Origin: Octopus sinensis
Lineage: Eukaryota
Reading direction: 5' to 3'
Length of the DNA stretch: 64,000 bases
Assembly (NCBI RefSeq): GCF_006345805.1
Contig: NC_042998.1
Span: forward strand, 13,702,001 to 13,766,000
Of this stretch, positions 27,406 through 42,161 are shown piece by piece; position 1 is the first letter of the stretch, and each line of letters starts with the position of its first letter. Below the pieces are notes generated by a model that was not told where the DNA came from, made no database searches, and saw only the letters and a program-made list of their open reading frames with translations. The translations under genes were made by a program, and so were the position numbers.

Positions 27406-27699
27406 AAGAGGAGAAGAAAAAAGTAGATAGATATATAGATAGTTAATCATACATACACGAAGACCTGCATGCATACGTCCATACATATATGGTGGTGGTC
27501 AACTCCGTATGCAGAGTCTGACCACCTCTTATACCTACACCTTAGATCCTTCATGTTGTTGTGTGTGGCTTTTTAAACCGGTCAATGTATTGAAAAACAC
27601 AGCCATAGTTTGCATATCCAAGAACTGCAGTTAAATTCTAAAATTTGTGGATCTGAAAATGTGTTTTGAGGCCGCCGTTCGATTCGCAGATCTTATGGC

Positions 27700-28015
27700 A
27701 TACACGGCATACATACATATGTACATACTTACATACATACATACATGCATATATACATACATACGTAATACTTACATACATACATGCATGCATACATACC
27801 TACATACATACATACATACATACATACATACGTACGTACATACATACATACATATGTACATACATACATGCATACATACATACGTACATACATACATACA
27901 TACATGCATACATACGAACATACATACATATATACGTACATACATACATACACACATACATACATACGTACATACATACATGCATACATACATACATACA
28001 TACATACATAGGTAT
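27700..28015. repeat. degenerate (TACA)n array
   Basis: Direct reading. Confidence 0.95.
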
Positions 28016-29289
28016 GCATGTGTGTCTCTGTGGGTAAGCACTTGCATAGTATTTTTGTGCATATTTCTGTGTTAGTTCGCGAGAGATTAGAGCATGAGAG
28101 AGAAGGAAGCAGGGTGAGAAAGATAGACAGATAGATAGATGGATAGAGTGGTAGAGATAGAGAGAGGAGGGGGTAGTGAGAGGAAGGATAAAACGAGAGC
28201 ATTCTACTTCAAATTTCTCCCAAACTCTCTCTTTCTCAATTTGTTGATATGTAATTATATTTGCCTGAATATAAGTCGAAATTCCGAACATTTCTTTACT
28301 TGGCCTTGTAGCAACCATAGATTACCATGTATTGACAGCTGCGTCCACTTTATTTACTTTCCTCCGTTCCTTTTGCTGCATTACATTTTTAACATTAAGA
28401 TATATGCGCAGTTTAATATATTTTAGGTGCAATTGTCGATATATAAAACTAAACACAGTTCTCTATCAGAATGATAGGATCTGTCCAGTGTAAAACGGAG
28501 AGTAGTTGATTCGTCTTGCATATCTTTTGCTCGTATTTATCAATGCGTTACTAAACATGTGTGAGTATATGTGAGTTTTGTGCTTGATAAGGTTAAATTA
28601 CTATATGAATGTGCATTCGGAACGAGTAAAAGGAATGTTTTTCTAGTGATGAATGTTGTAATTTTTGCAGAAATCCATAGATTGGGATGCGGTTGTGGTA
28701 GAGGTTGATGTGGTAGAAAAGGAGAGCAGATATTTCAAATAATCAAAATGTTCATTCTCAACCATTAGAGATATACCAGGCAGTGGTCACTGCGGCAACA
28801 GCTTCCGATAAGCTAATGCAGTGTCATAGTATTGATCTAGCATCAAGGATCGATAAAACATGCGTGAATGTGCTATAATTCACCAGTAGAATCAAGCCCT
28901 TTCTTTATACCCTTACATTCGTTATTGCATCCTTTCTTCTCTCTTCCATTCCTATTATTCATTAGTTAGTGCTGGAGCCCAAACTGACATGACCTAGCCT
29001 TATATCATTTCATAATGTTGTTGTTGTTGTTGTTGCTTTTATTGATGCCATGTTTTTCTTTCTACGCGGTTTATTGTTTTTCATAAGGATGAAGATTGGG
29101 TTAGTAAAAGCCGTTAATAAAATTGAATTACTATGAAAATATTTTTTCATTGTTACAGTGCGGCTTTTCAGAGAGGATGATGATGGTGGTGAATTACGAA
29201 TAGAAAATTTAGTAGAGTGGGTTTCTGGACTGTTTATGTGTTCCAAATGTACCCTTTGTTATACTTTGATTTCTGTTATCATGTATTAC

Positions 29290-29458
29290 TGCTTTCTCAT
29301 CATCATCACAATCATCCTTTCCCTTCTCCACTTCATTACGTTTATCATCATCATCTTTATCATCGTCGTCATCATCATCATCATCATGATCATCATCATC
29401 TTCATCATCACCATCCTCATCGTCATCATCGTCATCGTCATCGTCGTCATCGTCAACG

Positions 29459-29499
<41 letters not shown>

Positions 29500-29530
29500 G
29501 TCATCGTCATCATCATCATCGTCATCATCC

Positions 29531-29572
<42 letters not shown>

Positions 29573-29700
29573 CCACCACCTCCTCCGCCTCCTCATCATC
29601 ATCATCAGTTTTGCTGTTGTTATTATTATTAGTTATTCTTCATCTTCTTATTGATTTGTTGTTGTTGATATTATTATTGTTATTATTATTATTGTTATTA
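29290..29700. repeat. (CAT)n/(CGT)n/(TTA)n low-complexity block
   Basis: Direct reading; explains the poly-His, poly-Ile and poly-Met ORFs. Confidence 0.95.
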
Positions 29701-29749
29701 TCATACAAGCGGATAACAGGCTAAGCATTATTCCCACCAGGGGCATCAT

Positions 29750-29862
29750 CTTTTACTTCTTTCGGGGTCACTAATTTAAAGTACCAGTGAACTAAGGAGT
29801 CTGATATAATAGACTAACCATTTCCCCTAAAACTTGCTAGCCTTATTTCAAAATTTGGAGCT
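29750..29862 (+). mobile_element. degraded SINE family B 3' half
   Basis: cttctttcggggtcactaatttaaagtaccagtg core similar to 2630-2670. Confidence 0.55.
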
Positions 29863-29932
29863 TTATTATCATCATCATCATCATCATCATTACCATCATC
29901 ATTCTCATTCATTATTATTATTATTATTATTA

Positions 29933-29997
<65 letters not shown>

Positions 29998-30340
29998 ATC
30001 TTTATTATTATTATTATCTTTATTATTATTATTATCATTATTCTACTGAGACACAAAGATGGAGAACAGAAAGGAAAGCATAAATATTGATCGCAAGAAA
30101 GGGGTTGGTAGGTTCAGTTTGCATGGGTGAAACATGGAAATTATGCATAAAATTATCAATTTTTCTGTAGTTATGAAAGACTACCGCAGTTTGAAAATGA
30201 ATGCACAAATAATACTTGATATTGCGGTTATGGTTTTGGTATATACATGCATATATGCATACACACACACACATACATACACATATATATACACACATGC
30301 ACACATATATATATTTATATATATATATTTATTATTATAT

Positions 30341-30408
<68 letters not shown>

Positions 30409-30506
30409 ATATCACATTATACATATATATGTGTGTGTATGTATATATATTATATATCTATATCTGTCTATCTATATCAATGACCATATCTATCTATCTA
30501 TCTATC

Positions 30507-30546
<40 letters not shown>

Positions 30547-32384
30547 CTATATATATATGTATATATATATACATATATGTATGTAATACAGAGATATTCC
30601 CTTCTCATAATCTTCCATGCACGCATAAAACGCCTTAGCTATATCCATGCGAACATGGATTGCATATATTTTGATCAATATTCTGTATGAGCAATGCTTG
30701 TGGGCCTACTAAATTATTTTGCTCCGCGAATCCACTCTTTGACATGCTTAGAAGAATGAGCTGCATTTTACTGCAGTGTATTTTACTGAATACCACCTCC
30801 CCCAATAAGCAATGGCCACATTCTAAAAATAGATTACTTTGTTTTCGCTTTATATCCTTATATTTACATGTTTTTCTCTCGTTTTACTGTGACAACAAGT
30901 GCGATTGCATGTACCTACAGCGATGTAGCAATTATTCGTAATTCCCGTACTGATAATCGAGCATAAATTTGAGCGCTTCGTGTATTTAGTAAATTTGCAG
31001 TACTTAGTTTTTCGGTTTGTATATAACATAGTGCATTATTTATATTGTCATGTGCAAATTCTGTACTGCAGAAATTAAGATAATTGCATTAGGTTTGATG
31101 CATGCTTAGTAATGTAAAATTGTGGATTGCGCATGATATTGATAATTTTTTTATTATCAAATTATTCTGAATTTCGTTTCGGTCGAAGAAACTATATTTA
31201 TATCTATATGCAACGGTCTTCTTATTTGCATTGGATAGTGATTTCAATGTCATTAAATAAAAGGGCAACAAGATTAGTGTTAATTACATTATTTGCATGG
31301 AATCCAAACACACTGATCTTGTCATATATATGAAAGTGGTTCAATACAAATACTTATTCGTTTTGAAAATGTTGGTGTATTAAAACAGGAATATATACAC
31401 ATATGTATTATTTATAAATACACACAATCTTTCTTACAGATGTGTATAGTAACAGATCGATTATGAGACAACCTAAATTGACAACAACTAAGTGGTAACA
31501 GGAATATTTTTTTGCATTCTATATGCAAGACATATGTGGTACCTGTCACAAGCGCGACTGTTGAAAGAACATTACAAGGACTAAATTGTATAATGATGTT
31601 AGATTACAGTTTCACCATTAACAGATATATTGTTATCAACAATAGTTTAGAAATGTTAATGTGATAAATGGTCCTATAAGGAGCATGCATATGTGGTACT
31701 AATCAAATAACAACAGAAATCATGGATCACTCTTGCCGTCGTGAAGCGTATCTGTCTATAATTGTATATTATAATGCTAAGGCAAATACTGGGATTTGGT
31801 TCGCTTTTACCCCATATCCTGTATGTTTTATTTTTCATATTGTTTAAATGAGGGTTTTAAGAAACTGATGTTGTTAGACACACACAAAATGTATTTGTTT
31901 TACGCCGTTGTAATTTACTTCATCTTTCAATCGCGTGCCTTTAAGCAGCATGCATATGGAAACATTTAGCACTTTGTGTCTTAAGTGAGATGTAGGGCAA
32001 TACAAATGATCGGCCGGCTAATAAGCATATCAGACTTTCATAATTCACTAAATATTACACAGAACTCCATACGTCAACGACAATGTAGAATATGGTTTCA
32101 ACACAGAACCGATATAGTGCATTTCCAACAACTGTCAGCTTTTTAGAAACTCTGATTCGTCATAAACTCGGTAAAAGCTTTCTCTCAGACAGAAATTGTT
32201 AAAGGACATGCCTCAAAGCTGTGAGGACATTCTGGGAATCATATAAAACTAACTTCTAAAACTAAACGATGGATTCAAATAACTAGTATCAAGGCATTAT
32301 TGCAGACTAAGATGGTTGTAGATAAGAATTCTTAAAACATTAACTGGAGCAAACGAAATCGAGAGTTCTAAGAAGCGAAATTGA

Positions 32385-32465
<81 letters not shown>

Positions 32466-32466
<1 letters not shown>

Positions 32467-32749
32467 GAGGTAACCAGAATGTGGAATCTAAAAACAGAAA
32501 CAATTCCTATCATAGTAGGTACATTAGGCATGATAAAAAGATATTCAGACAAATACATAACAAAAACACCAGGATTTACAAACACATATTACATACAGAA
32601 AATTGCACTACTAGGCACTGCACACATCCTACGCAGAACACTTTCCATACAATAACCATCAGAGCATCATAACAAATCACAGCACATATCCAAGGCACAC
32701 AGAGCTGCGCTCGGTAGTGAAGTGAAAGCACGATATAAAAAATAAACTA

Positions 32750-32752
<3 letters not shown>
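32466..32752 (+). mobile_element. R4/Dong-like LINE, short 3' fragment in (AAT)n
   Basis: Highly similar to 34610-34893; (AAT)n on both sides. Confidence 0.92.
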
Positions 32753-32817
<65 letters not shown>

Positions 32818-32818
<1 letters not shown>

Positions 32819-34890
32819 CTGTTCCCAGAAGAGCAGAAAGGATGCCGCAAAGGCTCATATGGCTGTAAAGATCAACTAATGATTAATAAAACCATAACTG
32901 AAGACAGCCACAGAAAGAAGAAAGGATTCAGTATGGCCTGGATTGACTACAAAAAGGTGTTTGATAGCATCCCCCACACATGGATCCTCGAAACACTAGC
33001 CATTAACAAAGTAGCACCAACAATCATAAAATTCATAGAGCACTCTATGAATAAATGGCAAACAGTCCTACACCTCCAAACAAAAGAGGGACTCATGTAA
33101 ACCAAAGACATCCCCATTAGAAGAGGAATATTCCAGGGAGACACGCTCTCTCCACTCCTTTTCTGCTTGGCACTGTCACTTCTATCTGATATACTAAATA
33201 GAACTGGATGCGGATATAAATGTTACGGCAAAACGATCAGCCACCTTTTATATATGGATGACCTAAAACTATACGCTGCAAATGACAAAGAGCTGGAAAC
33301 ACTATAAAGACAGTTCATGGATTTACCAAAGAAATAGATATGAAATTTGGATTAGAAAAATGCGCCAAAGTAACCATGAAAAGAGGAAAACTAGTTAAGA
33401 GTAACAACATCACACTAGATAAACCCATGAAATAAAAGAATTAGACCAAAGCCAAACTTACAAATACTTAGGATCCATGAACTAGATAAGACACAACACA
33501 CACAAATGAAAGAGAAAATAAAAAAGAATATTATAGACGAGTTAGATCAATACTAAAACAGAGCTCAATGCTAAAAACAAGATAATAGGTATCAACACTT
33601 TAGCTGTCCCAGTTATAAGTTACAGCTACAATATCCTTAACTGGACACGAATGAACTGACCAAAATAGATAGGAAAACAAGAAAAATAATGACAGGATCT
33701 AGGATGCATCACCCAAATCTGACATAGAAAGACTATATATACAACGTATAGAAGGTGGTAGAGGCCTTATACAGCATGGAAAACTACTATAAAATAACCA
33801 CCATAGGACTGCAAAAATATCTACTTCAGAAGGAAGGAAAACTGATCCAGATAGCGGCAAAACACGAGCAAAACAAAAAACTGTTCTCAGTAATTAAGGA
33901 AGCTGACAAATACAAACAAGAAATCATACCACCTAATAAACACGAAGAAGAAGAAAAATGAAGAAACACAAAAAAGCTATAAAACAAATGAAATCCAAAG
34001 TAAATAGAACAGCAACGAACCATGATAAAACGATGGCAAGAAAATCCCCTTCATGGTAATACTGGACTAAACTAAACGCAAAAGAAATAGACAAAGAAAA
34101 ATCCCAGCAATCGTTGAGAAGCTCAGGACTAAAGCAGAAACAGAGGGATTTTTAATTGCAGCACAAGACCAAAGCCTCCCCACCAGAAATTACCAAAAAC
34201 ATGTAATGAAAAGAAATATTACAAGTAACTGCAGAATATGTGGAGATGGCCAGAAACATAAATCATATTATCTCTAGCTGCCCAGTCCTGGCTAAGAAGG
34301 AATATATTCACAGACATGACAGAGTTGGAACCTACATACATTGGAAGCTATGCCAACATTATGGAATAACAACAAAAAAAGATGGTATAGGCACACACCA
34401 GAAAAGGTCACAGAAAACGAGAAAGCAACCATACTCTGGGATACGCCGATACACACAGATAGAGAAATTAAGGCCAACAGACCAGATATAGTTATCAGAG
34501 ATCATGAAGTAAAAAGATGCTTTCTAATTGATGTATCAATACCGGCTGATGACAACGTGTCTCTAAAAGAAATGGAGACACTCTCAAAATACAAAGACCT
34601 GGAAATAGAGGTAACTAGAATGTGGAATCTGAAAACAGAAACAATTCCTATCATAGTAGGTGCATTAGGCATGATAAAAAAATATTCAGACAAATACATA
34701 ACAAAAACACCAGGACTTACAAACACATATAACATACAGAAAATTGCACTACTAGGCACTGCACACATCCTACGCAAAGCACTTTTCATACAATAACCAT
34801 CAGAGCATCACAACAAATCACAGCACATACCCAAGGCACACAGAGCTGTGCTCGGTAGTGAAGTGAAAGCACGCTATAAAAATAAAACTA

Positions 34891-34893
<3 letters not shown>
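32818..34893 (+). mobile_element. R4/Dong-like non-LTR retrotransposon, 5'-truncated, disrupted ORF (RT, CCHC knuckle, RLE)
   Basis: EEQKGCRKGSYGCKDQL, WIDYKKVFDSIPH, RRGIFQGDTLSPLLF, HLLYMDDLKLY, CRICG...HIISSC, RHDRVG, ILWD...NRPDIVIRD...LIDVSIP, LGTAHILRK; several stops and frameshifts; flanked by (AAT)n. Confidence 0.95.
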
Positions 34894-34962
<69 letters not shown>

Positions 34963-35052
34963 AAGAAGAAGAAGAAGAAGAAGAAGAAGAAGAAGAAGAA
35001 GAAGAAGAAGAAGAAGAGAAGAAGAAGAAGAAGAAGAAGAAGAAGAAGAAGA
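34894..35052. repeat. (AAT)n followed by (GAA)n
   Basis: Direct reading. Confidence 0.97.
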
Positions 35053-38000
35053 ATAGTCCAGATACAGTCATTAAAACAGGTAAGAAAATACTTGTAGACT
35101 AATAAATGTAAGTGTTTCCACTGATAAATATATATCTGTAAAGGAATGTCATCAATTTTAAATATGTACGAAGATATATAAGTACAATTTAATGAATACC
35201 CTAACATCATATGGGCAATGAATGAATCTGTACAGAAAGCACGTATACTCTATACGATGTACAATGAAAAACGAATACCGCATTCCAAAATATTAACCAG
35301 AGAGAGAGAGACAGACAATATTACCTCATGTTGACAGCAAATGGATGTTCTCTTGCTGACGTAACTCAGTAATATGTAATAGAACACGAACAGGAAACAG
35401 ACAATGCATGAATCAACAGAATTCCAGGATGCTGATAAATATACTATTCTTATCCTGTATTCTTACTTTTTAACAAAAAAGACATTTATTCATGAACATA
35501 CTACATTACATGATACGTATTTCCTTTTTTCCATAAAAAAAAAAAAAATGCTTGTCTACAATAACAAATGCACTTTTATAAAAAAATAGAAGTACCGAGG
35601 AAAACTGAAAGTGTAAATGGAAGTATAGTTTAGATACTTTACTTAGTAAATCATGTATATTATTCAGATTGTATTACATAACATTTCTCGAGGGTAGTAT
35701 AAGCTATGAAAAACACTTCAGACAATTAAATCAAATACACAGTTTTAGAGAGTAGAGTATTAATGCAAAATAGTAACAAAGCAAATGTTTCTATTGAAAA
35801 CGCGCTTTCCAAAAGAACATGCTTAAATTACATAAAACAATACATAAAATATGAGATAAAAATTAAGAATATCATGTCGGAACGAAGTTATACAACAACA
35901 GCCTTCGATACATTTATGTGCTGATTAAATGTGAATTGTTGAGGATGTGAAATAGGTTACCATTGAAGTTTTAAAGCCGTTTTCGCTTTTATACCATGTT
36001 TATTGTATCAATGGCTTTAGGAGATAAACAATTGTGCTTAAATGGACTTTAGAAGTAGTAACATTTACGTGCAATTATGGGATTTAAATATCATAAACAG
36101 GAATGCTGGGTGATACTTAATCCCAGTGTAAACTCGGCTACCCTAAACAATATTATACTGAGAATCACCCGACCCCTCCCCGTCAGGCCAATACCCTACC
36201 GTCTCATCTCTTGTCTTTACCTCTTGCCACTCTTACTGCATTCAATCTACTCGGTCCGCCACTGCCTTTTATGCTTGCTGGAATATTCTACTTTCAGGTA
36301 CCACCACGAAGTGTTGTGTTGCAACACTTTAAGTGGAACACTAACGTTATTATGATATCGGCAACGGAGAGCCAGCAAAATTTAGAAGGCACACCGGTCT
36401 TCAGACTCATCTCGTAGAAGACATACATGTATTTCTCTTATCTGTTTCGTACCACATAGACAAGTGATGTATATCTGTCGCACTCCTATTCAACTATATA
36501 AAACGCAACTAAGATATCAAACTTTCAGTAAGGTATCATACTTGTGTTCTTCAAAAGAAATATTGTAATTTCGACCTGGATAATTTTTATTTAATTTCAC
36601 TTCAATCATATTTTCCTCTGCGAAATCCCTTTTTTTATTTTGATATTAATGTATATTCAGCATAAATGATATTGCATTCCAATGCCTTGCACTGCATAGA
36701 ATTAAATAAAATGTTGTATACTGTGCTTCAGATGTGTCTAAGTATACCAAATCACAAATATACAACCAAAAACAGGCTATTAATTTTGTGTTTTCAATGA
36801 TATATTATGAAAGGTTTCTGTGTGAATTAGATAGTACCTATGTGGGATTAAAGTAAAACATGTTGAAATAGAAACAGTGTATTTTAGATACATATAAAAA
36901 CTGGTGTTTGGAAGAAATGCTAAATAATCTCTAATTTGGAATTAATAGTCATATGCCGTATGGTGCATTATATAATTTTATTTCTAATCGTATACATTTG
37001 AATATAAACTTTATATAAGCTTATACACATTTGTGCATACACCTACGTACATATAAACTTATCCATGTACAAATACAATTTGTAGCACATTCGAAGAAAA
37101 TTGTAGCGATTATACGAGACACAGATGAAGAGCGAAACCAATTTTAAAACTCCGTAGTTAATTTGATTTATCTCCCACTGAGATGTAAAACTGGTAAGAA
37201 CAGTTGTCTAATGCAATATACTTTCTTTCCAGTGCCATTTCACCTCGACGCAAAAGTACTTAAAATTGTTTCTAAGCTTCTCAGCTGACTATGGCCATTA
37301 CAATCAAACGTCAAAAGCACCATAGTGATTTTACTTATTGTAGTAAATGTGTTGACACTAGAAAAACATGGTTATTTTGGACAACTTAATTCTACTGGTG
37401 AGACAATAAGTCTAAGAATATGATGATTGCGATGATAAATATTATTGTTTTCGTTGTCTTTTATCTGTGTTCAGGATTGATAATTGCGGTGTGTCTCAAA
37501 TCTCTTTGTTAAGCACAATCATGAAACTAATAGTTAATAACCCTACTCTTGGCTGGTATTTTGCGTGCCATATCATTTGGTGTGAATTTTCAAATATATA
37601 TTAGCATGCTTAACTAAAAGAGTGCTGACCAAAGGGAAATTGCATCTATGCGTTTGGTGAAATACGTTTAACAACTTTAACCGAAACAGACATTATCTAT
37701 AATTATTTCAGCTAACCTTATGCGGAGAAACATGCTATCTGAGTCTTACATTCAAGAAATTTTGTTCTGAAATATTTTAAATAGCAAAATTATTAGATTT
37801 GATTCCTTCATCTCACAAAAAGAAAACGAGAAAACACGACTTATCATTATCTCAGGCTAGCAAAGTTTGCTGCATTTTGATGTTCCAATGAAATGCACAC
37901 ATGTCGAACATGATCAGATAAATCGATCGGGTTCGAATAACAAGATCTGATATTTTCGGCAATCGAACTGTAAAATTAATGGTTAAAATGTTTGAAATCA

Positions 38001-38800
38001 CTTCAGTATTTCCGAAACGACTTCAAATAAATTATATCAACTTTTAAAGGTCAATGAATATACGTTATTGTACTGTTTATAATATTTTACATTTTATTAA
38101 TGATTAAACATCCTGCTATGATTATTGGAGCTATATATATTTATATTCAGGTAATGTTTTTAGAAAAGAACAACAGAAATCAAGACTTGAAATGAAGTCG
38201 AGGAACCTGATATATTGTGATTTTTCTAGCCCAAAAACCTCCAAATATTTATTTCAATTGTTCATTTAATGTTTAGTTTTCGAACTTAATTATAATTTAT
38301 TATATTACTTACATTTGTAACTGAATAGCTAAGATTGTTTGAAAGGTTTTAATAGGCTTAATAAGCATGAAGCAATTCGTAATATAGTCTTCTTTATATA
38401 GTTAAAATCTATAGGTTTGAAGTTTGAAATAAAAATAATTTTCTGATCGTGCTTCCTCTTTTGCTTTCAGGAAATAAAGATACGAGGACAGATATCTATC
38501 AATCTGTCGATTTAAAATGCAGGGTTTAAAAGTGACCTTATCCTTATTTATTTCCTTCTCTGTTTGAACCGAACCAATGTAAGGGAGCTGAATGAAGAGT
38601 AACCGAATTTAAATAATCAGCAAATCGGTATACTGAATAATTAAACGAGCAAAATTTCTAAATATCTTAAATTGAAGAACTTTAGAAACAACATTAAAAG
38701 ACGTTTGGTGTTAATATTAATATATTTCAAATTTTGAAGGCACAAAAAAGTAGTTATTTAAAAAGAAATTCTATTCCAATGATATGATACTGTAACAACA

Positions 38801-39201
38801 AGCAGGAGTGTCTGTGTGGTATGTAGCTTGCTAACCTACCACATGGTTCCGGGTTCAGTCCTACTGCGTGGCTTCTTGGGCAAGTGTCTTCTGCTATAGC
38901 CTCGGGCCGACCAATGCCTTGTGAGTGGATTTCGTAGACGGAAACTGAAAGAAGCCCGTCGTATATATGTATATATATATAAGTGTGTGTGTATATGTTT
39001 GTGTGTCTGTGTTTGTCCCCCTAGCATTGCTTAACAACGGATGCTGGTGTGTTTACGTCCCCGTCACTTAGCGGCTCGGCAAAAGAGACCGATAGAATAA
39101 GTAGTGGGCTTACAAAGAATAAGTTCCGGGGTCGATTTGCTCGACTAAAGGCGGTGCTCCAGGATGGCCGCAGTCAAATGACTGAAACAAGTAAAAGGAG
39201 T
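38801..39201 (+). mobile_element. SINE family A
   Basis: Head gcaggagtgtctgtgtgg...gggttcagtcc; tail gcagtcaaatgactgaaacaagtaaaaggagt. Confidence 0.92.
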
Positions 39202-41328
39202 AAGCAAAAATGTAAATAGATTTTATTCGATAATTCCTTCCATAATTCTAAATGTATTATGGAATATCTCCAACGCAATATGAGCTTAATGAAAATATGC
39301 GCTTTGCTGCTCCGCAACGAAAGATGAAGATTAAGGGAATATAGAAGCACACAACACTAACTCCACTCGTGCACAATTTGGTCACTATTTGACCACCAAT
39401 ATTTATGACTTTAGTGAGAGACAAGAAAGAATATATTCAATTGTAGAAGAATCGAAATAAGAAAACCTGATCGATAAACTAGCTACGTTTCCATCTATTC
39501 TTGAATTTAGATTTAATTTTTCATTGTGTAGGAACACGGTATTTTTGAAATCTAATTCTATAACCTAAAAGAAATATGTTTGTGAGTGATTTTTTCTATA
39601 TTATTTTTATATATTCATTCGAAATTTGGCATTTATGTTTTAGTCCTTATGTCCTTCTCTCTCTCGGTTAGTCCTCTCTCTCTCTCTCTCTCTGTCCCTC
39701 TCTCTATATATATACTTATGCATGTATAAAGATTTATTTATATATACATACATATATATATATGCATACACGCACATACGCACACATGGATATCAATGTA
39801 CATACAAGTTCACAATGCACAAACGTATAGCATGTTGCATTTATATGTACGTTAATACATATCACTGTCTGATTCTTCGTGTGCATATTCCATGTTCATA
39901 TCTTACTCTATGCAATACTCTGCATTCATAGACATGACTAATCCAGTTCTGCTACACCATCAAATCCTACAGGCTACTTGGCACAGCAGGATGCAGTAAG
40001 ATATGTAAGATGTTATTAAGATTTATAAAAGCACAATCATGGCTTGCATATATTCGTAAACTAGATTGATTCCTGATTTAAATATGTTTTTCATTTAGCT
40101 AGAAGCCATCTCACATATTGCCAAATCACCGTTTGAGAAATCTGTTTTTATGAAATTTCTATTGACTTTACATATATACCTCCTCTCGCTTTAGATCAGA
40201 CAAGTTGCTTTCTGTGTAATAGCCAAAGTTTATCAGATTTATAAAGTACAAACTGAAAAACGAATTGTTTGTTTCCGTTTATTTTTTCGATAAGCTGATG
40301 GTTTAACAATAGAATTTTACACAAAAATTGCAAATAATTAATCTAAAAAGAACATAAATAAGTAAAAGTAAATGATGATAATAAAAGTAAGAATATTATT
40401 GGCTTCTTGAACTCCACTTAACCGTTGCTTTCTACTTGAAACGCATACTAAATTATTGCTGAATTGAAGACAATGGCAGCAATTAATAATTTAAGGTTAA
40501 CGTTTATTGAAAAGGAGTGAACTTTTGCCTAAAGAAATAGTCAAACATTGTGCCAAAAACTGAACCCTTGTTTCCGTGCCCATGAGCGGAAAGTATTGCC
40601 ACTTAACGAGTTTTTATTTTTTATAATATACGTGGCACAAAGTTCAGCTATTTTCTTATCAATATTAACTTTGCCGTTGGCTAACAAGTATTTTGATCAA
40701 GCGATAAAATAGCAACAAACAGCTGACTCGAGCAAGGTTCGCTTATTAGCAGAACACGTTTGTTTTACTACTACAAAAAGCAGTCAATAGCGAATGCTTT
40801 AAATACAGCAATGTTTTATTTCAATATGCTCGTAAAATACATTTTACTTGCTGCTAGAAAAGGAATAACGAACCGTATGCATAATTTTGCTTATGTATGG
40901 TGTTCGAAGGCATGCATATAAAAGTCTCTAGAATATCCATATAAAAATGTCCCAGATATAAGTATACAGACACAAGACAAACATGAGTGAGTTGTTATTA
41001 TATATGTATATATCTAATAATAATAATAATAATAATAATAATATAATAATAAAATAATAATAATAATAATAATAACAATAAAGATTACTTCGAAGTAGCA
41101 GAGCGTTACCTTTAATTCCTTTATATAGACCTACACATTTTTTCTACTGCATCGATTACCTACCGTTACAAATGCAACCCTACTATAATACCGGTGCAAT
41201 TTCTTCATGGTCTTCACATTAATATCCTTTGATCCAACTGTTTAGTTTTTCGTTTCCCTACTCAGCGTTGTATGATGTGGAGTATGATGTGGAGTTGTAC
41301 GTTAATTAACTTCATATATATATATATA

Positions 41329-41444
41329 TGGCCTGCTTGCTTAGCCAGCGGGATGGCGTCATTCGAAGGCTAAAACCATGCGAACGCATTGTGACCAGCG
41401 ATTGTAAAACATCTGATGGTCTGGTCGGTCACGTGATATCACGT

Positions 41445-41452
<8 letters not shown>
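41329..41452 (+). mobile_element. SINE family C1 3' fragment
   Basis: Reverse complement of 4187-4295 (ttagccagcggg...ggtcggtcacgtgata); in (TA)n. Confidence 0.85.
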
Positions 41453-41503
<51 letters not shown>

Positions 41504-42070
41504 ATATATATATTTCCTGCAGTTTAATTGTATTCCAAGTAGTGTATTAAAAATGCTTCATGAATTTCATGAAAAACTTAAATGGGAGAATATCTATCCT
41601 TTTAGAGAAATAAATATCTTGAAAATTAGATGAATGTTTAAGATTATTACGGTCTCATTTTATGCAGGCGAGTTGGGTGGTTGAATTTAGGCAAGAGTCG
41701 GGCGTTAAGAAGATAAGCGTCGTGTCTTTCCTTCATATACGTTACAGTTATTATAGTTTCGTTAATTTGGGAAACATTTTGACGATGACACCTGGCATTC
41801 GTCTCCAGTTCAACATTACTTGTAATTGTAATTAATTATATACTTTTATTTTTAAATTAATTGATATTACAATTAAGCAATTAAATATATATTTTAATGA
41901 TTTAATATATTGTTGACATTAGGTATGAATTAATTGTGTGTGAATTGCTTTTGTATCTCGTTGTAATTTAGGTTAAACGACATAACAGTCGTAAAAGCTA
42001 GTTATTCTCAAGTATAAATAAGTTCACGTGCACTCAGTTAAAGTTTGTCTGTGATATATGTGTGTGTGAG

Positions 42071-42161
<91 letters not shown>

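Noticed and set aside
29010-29246. ORF with LLTAFTNPIFIL resembling a GPCR TM7
   Set aside because: The motif is not NPxxY, no other helices are nearby, and the ORF runs into simple repeats.
36290-36430. Minus-strand VFYEMSLK...W...DIII resembling a channel S2-S3 segment
   Set aside because: No acceptor site (purine-rich upstream), in-frame stops on both sides, and wrong motif spacing.
37112-37140. cagatgaagagcgaaacc resembling a collapsed hammerhead
   Set aside because: No stem II partner strand and no cleavage triplet or stem I.
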